From: Psammoneis japonica
Taxonomy: Eukaryota
Direction of reading: 5' to 3'
NCBI GenBank assembly: GCA_008632985.1
Contig: QPGO01000041.1
Span: 310,001 to 374,000, forward strand
Length of the DNA stretch: 64,000 nucleotides
Below are positions 24,070 through 34,632 of the stretch, piece after piece; positions within the stretch are counted from its first letter, which is position 1; every line of letters begins with the position of its first letter. A model generated the notes under the pieces. It saw nothing but the letters and a program-made list of their open reading frames with translations, did not search any database and was not told the DNA's origin. Made by a program: the position numbers and the translations under genes.

Positions 24070-26390
24070 ATGCAGTTGGCGGCAGGGAATCAAGCCTCCT
24101 TGTTGTTTGGAAAATGCCACCACTGCAAGAAACCCGAGACCCAACCAAAGAGCTGCGTTGCAAGACAAGGATCGTGGAGGAGGAGCTCCCCAAGTGCACC
24201 AGTGGAAGCAAAGCAATGGACCTTGATCAAGGACAGGTTCAGTTTTGTCCTTGGTGGCAGCATGCCATCTGGGCTGCTCAGTGCCATGTGGCGTGTGATG
24301 GTCGGGGACAGCAGCAAGGCTCAGCACCCCAAGCAAGAAGAACAGTGCACACTTTGGCATTGCATTGCCAATGGTGACACAGAACTGTGGCCAGATCTGT
24401 GCACTGCAATCAATGCAGCTCCTCCAAAGCATGAAAAGCATTGCAAAGTGGCAAAACAAGTGATTGAAGACATGAGTGGTGCCGTTCCTTTTTGTCATGG
24501 CACACAAAGAGCACTCACAGCAACCAATGCAGACTTGGTGTCCATGCCGTCTCTCCACCAAAAGACAGTCCAGAGCATGAAGGCCAGCAATGATGAGTTG
24601 ATCAAATCAGCACCAATCCCAAGCCCACAGTTGCTTGTCATTTCTCTGTGCCCGCAGCACACCTCCAGAGAAATTGCCAAGCATTGCACATGCCGGTTTG
24701 AGTTGCGATGTGGCATCCAGAGTGCAACAATGTGCAAAGACAACCCCGATGTGCACCGCAGTCACAAATTGAACCAGTGCACCAACAGTTTCATCATTGA
24801 GACAAACAACATGGTTCACGATGAAGTTCCTGGATTGATCCCTGTCAGCAACAACTGTCTTGCCTTTTCAAAGGGGTGCACGAAGGTGAGCATTGACAAC
24901 AAGGCTGCTGTGCCAATTGGTGAACCAGGCAGGCCTGTGAGAACTGGAGTGTGCACGATGTCCGCTTCCATTGTGCCCACATCCACTGCCACCCAAGCAA
25001 ACTCCCCATGCCATGATTTCCACAGGGCAAACCTGAGGCCTTCCTGCTCACTTGTGGTGTCTGCTCCAGAGAAGGCGGACAATTCTTGGTGCTGTGGTGT
25101 TGTTGCGGTGTCCCTCAAGGATGGGGCCACTCAGGTGTCATCTCCCATGCAACACACAGTTGAATTTATTTTGCAAATGCAGAGCCTCATGGAGAAGGAT
25201 GATGAAATCCATTCTTTGTCTGGGAACAAAGGACACGCCGAGCTGTTGTCTCTTCCACATGCATTTGTCCTCCGCTCAGATGGAGGCAGTGACAGAAATC
25301 CCAAGAATGCATCTGTGCAAATGGCGATGGTGCACACATTTCCACATCTCAATCTTGACATCCTCATCTGCCTGATTGCTGCTGCCAATGTTTCCCATGC
25401 AAACGAGGTTGAGGGTGTGATGCCAGTGGCAAATCTCGCTTTGCAAAATCAAGCATTTGCCAGCACTCCGATGACAGACGACATGGAAAAGTTGTTCAAA
25501 GATGCAAATTCAGGGAAGGCCGTGCGTGATTGCATCGCTGGCTTGTCAACAGAATGCAAGCGGCAAGAGGCTGTGGAGGCATGGAGGAGCACTGTTGAAG
25601 ATGCAAGAAACATGGTTGGCATGAGGTTGTCAAACATTGGTCACAATGACAAGCAAGTGTCCATGTTTGAACCTGGAACAGACACGTTGATTGACAATGC
25701 TTGCACTCACCTTAAAGAAAAGATTGATCTGACTGTGATCCAGAAAAGACTGCTTGGGCTGAAGTTAAGAAGAACAACAAGGACATGATGAAGTTCCTCA
25801 AGACGCACGTGACTCAAGAACCACACCATCTTGAGATCAAGAAGTGCGGCAAACCTTCATGCACAGCTTGTCAGGTCGCACGCATGTCACCATCAGTGTG
25901 GACTGCGTTGTCGAGTTGCCCCTGCCTCATTCCACTGCCGACGCCCAAACAAGATAGCAGAAAAGGTGAAGTCCGCTGCAGGGACTGTGACAAAGCAAAG
26001 AACAAGCAGACAGATGAGTCACACCAGCCAAGCTTCAAGCCACCATCAAATGAACAACTGCTGCAGATGGCAAAGGAACATGACAAAAGTGTGAGTGAGA
26101 AAACTGAAAAGTCAGCCAATGACAAAACTCTTTGGAGCAAAGATTGTGCAAGACCATTTGTCACTTGCCAAAACTGCAGCATGCTGTGGGCAGTTTTTGC
26201 TCGACCATCAATGGGTGGCAACTGGTGCAAGGCACTTGAAGCTTTGAAAGGCATGTTGTCTGAACTGTCGCACAAGTGCAATTGCAGTGACAGGCTCTTT
26301 GGGTTGGAAGAAGACCCAGTGCCACATCCACGTCTTTTGCAGGAGGCTGTGATGAGAGGTGATGGCAGAAAGACACGGCCCATGTGCTGA
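24070..26390 (+). pseudogene. Zator-like transposase pseudogene
   Basis: SIDNKAAVPIGEPG (DDKAxVPIG-type), HDF...LRPS, SDGGSDRNP (DGGPD-type), NEVE..MP..NLALQ motifs and C-terminal Cys cluster KKCGKPSCTAC. Confidence 0.75.
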
Positions 26391-28359
26391 GCATGTTTGA
26401 GCAACGGCAAACAAGCCATGTTGTGTGGATGTCACAACAAATCCGGCAGCGCTGGGGAATGTAAACGTGGTGGTGTGCATGCTGCTGATCCGCGCCAAGG
26501 CAAAAAACTCAAAATCCATTTTACCGCTGCCTCGCTGCCGCCCACACCAACACCGACCACAGTGGACCCACGTTCCCCAGCACCCACAAAGGGTGGCAGG
26601 GACAATTCAAACACTGTCAAACGTTGTCAGAAAGACAATGCCATCAACACATTGTCCGAAGGCAATGCTGTTGGCACATCATCAGAAAGAGGCTGTTTGT
26701 TTTAAGTCAGAATGGCAACCGACCTGATGCTTGTTGCATGGCAACCACAGTTGCTGTGCCTCAAAGAATGGACAAACCCAGCCACACCACTTGGGAGACA
26801 CCAAAACAAACACTGCAGAAAAACCAAACACGTGTCCATCTCCGAAGATGACATGCTTGAAGAGATGTGAGAGAGATTCCTGGGATGAAAAACACCCAAG
26901 AAAGTCCAACACGGACCCCAACGAAGGAAAAGGAAATGATGATCGGAATTGTCAGATGAAATTTCCGTCATGCGTAGAATTGCACAGAAATTGTGTGCTG
27001 AAGTTGCAACATCGAAGAGCATGAAGAAGCAACACCGAGACTTGGAACTGCGAACCACTTGGAAGACTTGTGACAACCCACTTTGGAACACTGTAGAACA
27101 TCCATCATGAATTGCAGTGTGTTGGAAAGAAAACTCAAAGGAAGTACGTTGGTGAGAAGAACAAGAGGATAAACCTCACACGGTCGTCGACTCGAAATTC
27201 TGGCCAAACGCGTAGAATTGCACATGAAATTTGCACTGAAGTGGCTGACTTGAAAATTGCTGAATCATGTAGAATTTAACGTAGAAAACACACTGACATC
27301 GGGAAAGAAATGCAAAGAGATGAGACACCATGGCGGCACCGCTCCCCCGGACGTAGACACAACAGAGCATCCCCTCCGATGCCTTTTGGTTTCTCTGTCA
27401 TTGGCGCAACTGCCTGATGTCCCAAAGTGCCAAGGAGGTTGGCATGCCACCACACTCTCACACAGGACAATCCTGCGGGTGCTTGCGCAGAATTGTGCTG
27501 ATCCGTGCCGAGGCAGAGGAGCAATCCAAGACATCAGCAGAGAATCGCGACAATGCTGCCAACAACAAAGGCAACCAGAACAACAAGCTCTGGGGGAGGG
27601 AGTTGCGGCACCAAAATTGTGGCTCTTTTCATGTGGTGACTTGTGAAGTTTGCCTTTTCTGCCAAACAACGCATCATTGTTTGGCAACCATTGGACTTAA
27701 AGAGGAAGGGCACATGGATGTCAACAGAAATGGGGAACAAACATGCGGGGCCGCAATCTATGCCATGTGTGCAACCGCCATTGGGGGAGTTGAAGGTGGT
27801 TCCACAAGGTGCCGTAAACACCTGTCCTTGTGGCAGTGGACTGCTCCATTGAACAAGAGCTGTCTCCTGCAGTTCTCAGTTGGTTGTGCAACAGAAAAAC
27901 ATTGGTGATGTGTGTCATTGCCAGTGTGCACATTCGCAGACCAAGGACAGAAGGGGCCATTCTCACCTTGTCAAGCCGCTGTCTCAACCACCATCCCAAT
28001 GCCAGCCAGAGTGCTGGCAGTTGTCCCATCAAAGTGCCACCAACGGCCGTTGACACACATCAAAAACCCATGGCAGAGTTGCAGAACACAGAACAGCGTC
28101 AGCAGAAATGAGCGGATTGTTGCCCATGTTGTCTTGCCCTTGTCCTTGCACACTGTGTCCTGCAAGAGGGTGTGTGGACCTAAATTTCAGCGCCAGGTGC
28201 TGCGTGTCCTTCAAATCCCCTGCGCAGACTCTGGCGTCAATTCTGCATGTCTCCCAATGTGTGGCAGGCAGGCAGTGTTTCATTCCACCATGTCGCGCAA
28301 AACCCCGCATCAACTTTAGGCCGGTTGGCTGCTGGCGGTTGTCTGCACAAGAAGCAGCG

Positions 28360-28662
28360 TGATGTCATGTGATGTTCCTGGCCAGGGCAATCCTGGTGCT
28401 GATTCTGCAAGACATCACATTAAATGTCATGTTTTTGGGAGAAAAATGGCGTGCCGGCAATTGATTCGTGGCCCCTGACTGTGACGAACTCATTTCTCAC
28501 GTGTGCAGAAGCCTTCAAATGCTTCCTCTGATTGCTTTTCCCTTGTGTCAACCACGGCCCCCCATGCCCTGCAGTGTTTGATGCTTTGCTGTCAACGGCA
28601 AAACAATTGAGGATCATTGGAGAACAATGGTGGCATTTGGGATTGCAGTGTCACGTGGATGT
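28360..28662 (+). repeat. Truncated copy of the long TIR family; forms a large inverted repeat with 28695-29005
   Basis: Colinear with 31551-31898 and reverse-complementary to 28695-29005. Confidence 0.85.
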
Positions 28663-31600
28663 GGGGTCATCCACACAAGTGTCACATTTTGGCTCAGGCA
28701 AATGTGACATGCTGCAACCCCAAACACCACCATTGTTTTCCAATGATCCTCAGTTGTTTTGCTGTTGACAGCAAAGTGTTGAACACTGCAGGGCACAGGG
28801 GCACATGGTTGACACAAGGGAAAAGCAATCGGAAGAAGCATTGTTTGAAGGCTTCTGCATGCATGAGAAATGAGTTTGTCACAGTCAGGGGCCACAAATC
28901 AATTGCCTGCACACCATTTTTTGTGCAAAAACATGATGTCTCATGTGACATCTCGTAGAATCAGCACCAGGATTGCCACAGCCAGGAATGTCACATGTGA
29001 TGTCATGCTGCTTGCGCATGAAAAAAAAACTTTGCTTGCCTCTCCGGGACATTTCGGCATGGCATCAAGAAACACCACCCTTGCTTCAAGGCGGTTTGTG
29101 TCATCACACAGTGCGGTGCCAGCTGGAGTTTGGCTTGCCACTCTTCGCTGCTGCTGCCGCACCGGCAGAGGTGAAACAGTTTCAACAGTTTTTTTTTCAT
29201 TTTTGTTGAAAGTTTCAACAGATTTCTTGTTGAAACTTGAAGTTTCAACAGTTTTTTGACGTCTGTTGAGCTTTTTAATGTCAGATGCTCGTGTGCCCAA
29301 ACAGATGCTAAACATGGTGGGCAACAAGCAGTTTCTCAACGGATGTGCAACGGTCATTCTAAGTTTGAAAATGTCCATTGCACACAAAATTGCTGCGCAG
29401 GATCTGGCATCTCTTGCGCTTGCATGAGCGACTTCTTCCAATGCACTTTCAACAGACTTGAGGCAACTTCCAGCAGGCAAGAAGACAGACAACATGAGAG
29501 GAGTTTGCTCCGTTGTGCTCCCCGCAGGGCCCGCAATGCACAAAATGTGCGAGTTTGATGGCAGATGATTCTGCGTGGCATGATCACTGGAATGACAGTG
29601 CCCCCCTTGCCCCCAAAGCAGCCCACTCTCAATGCTTCATCATTCGTCATGCAGCACCACCAAGGAACAACAAGCATGCTGCTTCCAGTGCCAATGAGGA
29701 AAGAACAATGCTGCACAGCATCAGATGCCACTGGCGCTGACAGCTGCCACCTGCAGGGATGACAGACTGAATGCAGGAGAAAAATCAGAAGCAGAACCAT
29801 CAACAGGCATGCAGCCATTGGCAGCAGAATTGTCATCCAGCATGATGATGGAGCACAGCACCAAAGAGGAAGACGATGATGACGTGATGATGGAGCACTC
29901 AATCTCACATGAAGCACCGCCACTGCCCTCTCCTGCAAAAGTCAAAGCTGCCTTGATCTTGGGTAAATCATTTTTTGGACTTGGAAGTGTGATTGCAGCC
30001 TTGGGCTTGCTGGCTTGCAATCCGTTTGCCTTTGTGTTGTGTCAAGAAGTTGCAGCGCGTGTCTTGCTGCTTGCCACCGCTGTGGCAGCTGCAACTCTGA
30101 GAACGCATCGTCCATGTCAGCATCATCCTCTGATTCCAACACTGTTTCAAAATCCGTTGCATTTCTCATTGCTGGGTCTGGTCATTTTTGCCAATCAAGC
30201 TGGAGGTGCACGCATGCTTGCTGGTTCTGTGGTGTGTGATGCTGTTTCGCGGTCAGGAAACCATTCAAAAACACATTTCTTTTTGCTGTTGTTCCATCAA
30301 TGCAGGCATTGTTGGGATCAAATTAGCAGGACCAAGATTGCCACTGTGGTTTGGCAGCCCTCTCAACCCATCGTGACAGTTGCCACATGTTTGGCCTTGA
30401 AGAAGGAACCCTTTGTCTGGTTGCACTGCTCTCATCACAGGAGTGAGATGATGTGACAAGCAACAGCAACAATGACAGCAAAGCAACTGCAAACACTGGC
30501 TGTGTGGCCCATGCTGTGGGCAATCTCTTGTTTTTTGTCAACTGCTTGGGTGCATCTCTTTGCGTCATTCTCTCCAAGAAAGTTTTGCAGCTGCATCCAC
30601 CTCTTGCAGTGAAAGCATTGTTGCACAATGTGGCTGCTACATTCATGGCTCTTGCTGCATTCCTCTTCTCCACATTGGCACCTTTGATGGAATTTACATG
30701 TCTGGAATGCACTTCGACTTGGAACATTCCATCCAGAGTCTTCTTTGCTCTTGCACACTTCATTTTGCTTGGTTCGTGTGCTGCCTGTGTCATTGTGACT
30801 TGGGTCAATCAGCATGCCATGGGCACACTTGTTGTGGGATTCACGGTCCTCCAACCTGTCACGGTGGCTTTGTTCACTGCAACCATGCTGGCCATTGATC
30901 TTCACTCTGCTTGCAACAAGGGAGTGATGCCGTGTCTCGATCCTCCTGCTTTGAGCTCCGGCTTGGGCATGTTGGGTGTCTTTGCAGGACTTCATTTGGT
31001 CATTGTCACAGAGCCATCCAGTGAACAGGCTCATTGTCATGAAGCCACAACAGCAAAAACCAACAACAAAGAGGAGGTGGTGTTGAAGAATTTTGAAGAT
31101 GACGAGGACAACTTTGAGATTGAAGCTGTTGCAACAACTTGAGGCCGTCCCAAGCAAAACTGGAACAGGGTTCACAAGAGTCTTGCAGCCAAGCAGCTCT
31201 CCCTCCAATTGAGAGATTCACAAATGAATGCCCCTGATTGTCAAACAAAGCACAGCAACTGCAGAGTGGAAGCCTGCTCTTCATTCTTGCACTCAAGTGC
31301 CCTTCCACCTGAATCAGGAGAACCCACTGGCTGGCAGGTGACAAGGAGAACAAAGTCAAACCCCCAGAGAAGCTGCAATTTTTGAACCATGACACAGCTG
31401 CTCAGTGCCATGCCTTGGGGCATTTCTGAAAAAGCAGAAGGACCCCGCCGGCAGCCCAAGGTGGACAATGATTTTGTTGTTGGTTGGGGAAACCACCTCT
31501 CCACTGGAGCAGAGCTAGAGCAGAGCCAGGTGGTCATCTGTGCAAGTGGCGTGACATCATGTGTGACATTCCTGGCTGCAGCAATCCTGGTGCAGCACTG

Positions 31601-31938
31601 ACAGAAAAGGGGAGCTAATTTGATTTCATGAGATGTCATGTGAAACATGAAATGTCACATTTTGCACATGAAAAACACGTGTCGGCGGTTGGCGATTGAT
31701 TTGTGGCCCCCGCCTGTGACTGACATGTTTCTCATGCACTTGGAAGCCTTCAAATGCAGCCACAAATCTGTTTTCCCTCATGTTGTCCATGACCCCCTGT
31801 GCCCTGTGGTGTTTGAGGCTTTGCTGTCAATGGCAAAACAGTTGGGGAGCATTGGAAAAACAGTGGTGGCATTTGGGATTGGGGCATCACATGGATGTCA
31901 CATTTGCCCAAAATGTGATGCTTGTGTGGACAACCACT
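28663..31938. mobile_element. Non-autonomous element with about 340-390 bp TIRs carrying host gene cargo (Pack-type)
   Basis: 28663-29005 is the reverse complement of 31551-31938 (e.g. CCACACAAG / CTTGTGTGG at the outer ends); encloses an EamA pseudogene; no TSD recognised. Confidence 0.65.
29960..31142 (+). pseudogene. EamA/DMT (WAT1-like) transporter pseudogene
   Basis: VGIKLAGP...WQPSQPIVT; GNLLFFVNCLGASLCVILSKKVLQLHPP; ALAHFILLGSCAACVIVTW; TVLQPVT; Cys/His sit where Tyr is expected. Confidence 0.8.
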
Positions 31939-32040
31939 GGCTCTGTTGTGGTTGAGCTTCAATCTTTTCTCTTTCTTTCTTTCTTTCTCTCTGTCTTTCT
32001 TTCCCCTTCCACCTTCCACCCCTTTTTTATCATTTCACCG

Positions 32041-33273
32041 ATGGCGCCAAAAATTTGTGCTTTCTTTGGCATCCAGGCCACAGAGCTGCATTTTCACATT
32101 CCCACTTTTCAACATGGCTTCTTTGCTTCTTTGGCATCTGCAGAATTTTTGCCGCCATCACCCTCCAAGCAACCGTGGGTTGATCCTGGCATCTCCACAA
32201 ATCGTCTGTCAACTGAGGAGAGAGGCACAACAAAGAATCAACCTTGGATCAGTGCAAGCAATGAAGTGCATGAGACGTCCCTGTGGGGCACCACTGCAAA
32301 AGTGGAGTTGGAACGTCACGCGGTGACTGCAACAGTGGCAGGCAATGAAGGTGCCTGCCGGTTGGGCCCCATGAGCAAAAGGCAACTCCTCAAGGCAGCA
32401 AAGGAGTTTGTCAAATGCTGTGACAAAGCTGATGAGGCAAGTCTTCCATTCATTCTTATTTCACAGAACTGTCAAGATGTTCCCTCTCATGAATTCAAGC
32501 TTGATGCACTCCAGTTGAGCAACATGTCCAAGCTGTGGCATGCTTTGACCAAGCACAAAGATTTGTTGATCATCAAATTTGTGTCTGACATTGTCCATGG
32601 TGATGCTGTTGGGGAACTGGCAAGTTGTGTTGGCAACTTTGGCACACAGTTCAGGACCCGGGGTCATCATGCATTCAGTTGGGGCACAGATGGAAAAAGA
32701 GTGCTGCTCTCCAGAACAACGGTCACAGCAGATGCTGTTCTGCAGTGCACATTTCCAACACAAGGGAGGCCGGAGCAGCTGCAAGCATCATTCATTGCAG
32801 AGCTGGAACATGAAAACAGCAGACCAAAGGCACTTGTGTTGCAACTCAGTGAACACCTCTTACACCGAATCAAGGTTTGCAAAAGATCCGGTCCACCAGC
32901 TGTGACTGGAACTGTGAGACCCTTTTCAGCCATTTGCACTGTTTTGTGGCACCGCAGAGCTCTGTGCTGCCAGGCAGGAAACCAGGCAACATTTGTCAGA
33001 GCATTGTCATTTGGCACTTGTGCACTGTTGCATCAACCAATGGATGCTTTTTGCAAACAGTGGGGAAATCTCCAACAGATCCAACTGAATCAGATTGTCC
33101 ATCCTGTCAATCACACCATCGGAACAGACACAATCACTGTGCCAAAGGCACACCTGGTTCAAGGAGTTGTGGATTCAAATGGACAACAAGTCCCTGTTCT
33201 TCACACTGATCAAGATCTGATCATCAATTTGGTGGAAGTTTGGGGGTTCTTTGACAACAAGCTTCCACCTTAG
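32041..33273 (+). pseudogene. Decayed ORF, possibly a PD-(D/E)xK restriction-endonuclease-fold (Crinkler-like) protein
   Basis: TADAVL...FIAELEHENSRP resembles a D...ExExxN nuclease motif; Tyr-free. Confidence 0.35.
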
Positions 33274-33418
33274 AAAAGCAGCAGTCTGCCCACAACTTTG
33301 TGCGCAGTGTTTTGTGCAATTAGGATTGCCATTGCAGTTGAATTTTTGATGTGGCATCATGGCATTTGGCCTGGCATCGCACCAACTCCAACCACCTGAT
33401 GCTGTGCAGAGTGCACCC

Positions 33419-33860
33419 TGCACCAATGAATGGATGGGTGATGTCATTCTTGCATGTGAACGGGTTGCGCAGGGGCAGCAGCACATGCAGAAAGATGGGA
33501 GACTGCATTGCAGATTGGGGCTTGTCGGCAAAAGTGCAACACCTTGAAGCCAAGCACAGTTTTCTCCATGCACCAGGCTCTTTACAATGCACCTGTGGAA
33601 AGCTTGGAGCATGATTTTGCCTTGCCATGATGCCAACTTGTAAAAATGAGCTGAAGATCAAATTTGTTGCTGGAGTCCATGCAACAAATTGAGCTGCTGG
33701 TGGCATGCCTTGGGCACCAGGCTGCTGTTCCAAGCTGTGTTTGCCAGCCATGCAGAGCCAAGGTGCCTGGAGCACTGGGCTGTTGCTCAAAGCTGCACCT
33801 GTTGGCTCTGCAGTCAAAGCTCGCCAACTGGCAGAAATGGCCACCCAACAAGTCACCTTG
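33419..33860 (+). pseudogene. Hypermutated paralogous copy of the STAND ATPase 3' end and downstream sequence (19651-20080)
   Basis: Colinear alignment, e.g. GCCAAGCACAGTTTTCTCCA and GCTGCTGTTCCAAGC are shared. Confidence 0.9.
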
Positions 33861-34100
33861 TGTCTGCAAGTCGGGAGCCAGAACAACCCTTGGATGATGC
33901 ACGCTTTTCACTTTGAAGCAGAAACATGCACTGCGCTGCTGCAAGCCACCCAATCTCTGTGAGTTGGCACCACTGTTGCCAGGCATGGGCCACAATTCCC
34001 CAAAAAGATGGTGTTGTGATTTGGCACATTGTCTGTGCCAATGCGCTGGCTGGCGGGTCTCCGTGGCAAGAAAAGCAGGCCCTTTCTGAGGCAACTCAAA

Positions 34101-34200
34101 AGACCAGCTTGCCCAGCCTTGGAAACAACACTGTGCTTCATGCAAAGTTCAGACCAGCTTGCCCAGCCTTGGAAACAACACTGTGCTTCATGCAAAGTTC
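34101..34200 (+). repeat. Perfect 50-bp tandem duplication
   Basis: AGACCAGCTTGCCCAGCCTTGGAAACAACACTGTGCTTCATGCAAAGTTC twice. Confidence 0.95.
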
Positions 34201-34632
34201 AGCCCGCAGCTGCACAGCGCACATTGCGTTCAGCCACACAGGGTCAACCCACACCTGGGAGCAGCCATCAGCACCAGCAGCAAGCTGCGGAGCCACAGTG
34301 CAGCAAAAATGGCAAAAATGATGGAGGCCAGAGTGGAGGTGGCATGGCAAGAGCCACTGGCTGTGGCTGCCAGGGTGTGGTGGGGCATGACGATGCAAAA
34401 AAGCAGGAGTGAATGGCAGCACTGTCAGTCCTAAAAAAATTGTAATCACCACCATTTAGTGGATGTAAGTGTCATTGTGGGGCATTAATGACCGCAAAAA
34501 TGACCGTTGAGGGGTTCGGCGCGGCATCGTGATTTGCTGTGGTCCCGCTTCATTCGTCGCACCCAGTGGCCAAGAGCTCACAATGTCGAATCGCAAGTCG
34601 CAAGCGTTCAAGCTTTTCGCCAAATTCAGAAG

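Larger units (their letters stand above)
22252..28324 (+). mobile_element. Zator-like DDE DNA transposon, decayed
   Basis: After excising the nested MITE, left end CCGGCTTAAAATTGATGCTGGGTTTCGCGTGACA matches revcomp of right end CCGGCCTAAAGTTGATGCGGGGTTTTGCGCGACA (28291-28324); flanked by 3-bp direct repeat TTG (22249-22251, 28325-28327). Confidence 0.75.
22100..34430. other. TpA/CpG-depleted hypermutated repeat domain 2
   Basis: TA nearly absent; the 572-aa (24070-25788), 497-aa (31780-33273) and 229-aa (30453-31142) ORFs contain no Tyr; TA resumes abruptly at about 34431. Confidence 0.92.

Noticed and set aside
22100..34430. Alternative genetic code or programmed recoding to explain Tyr-free ORFs
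   Set aside because: TA loss affects all frames, both strands and non-coding TIRs/TSDs, and neighbouring genes use Tyr and TAA/TAG normally.
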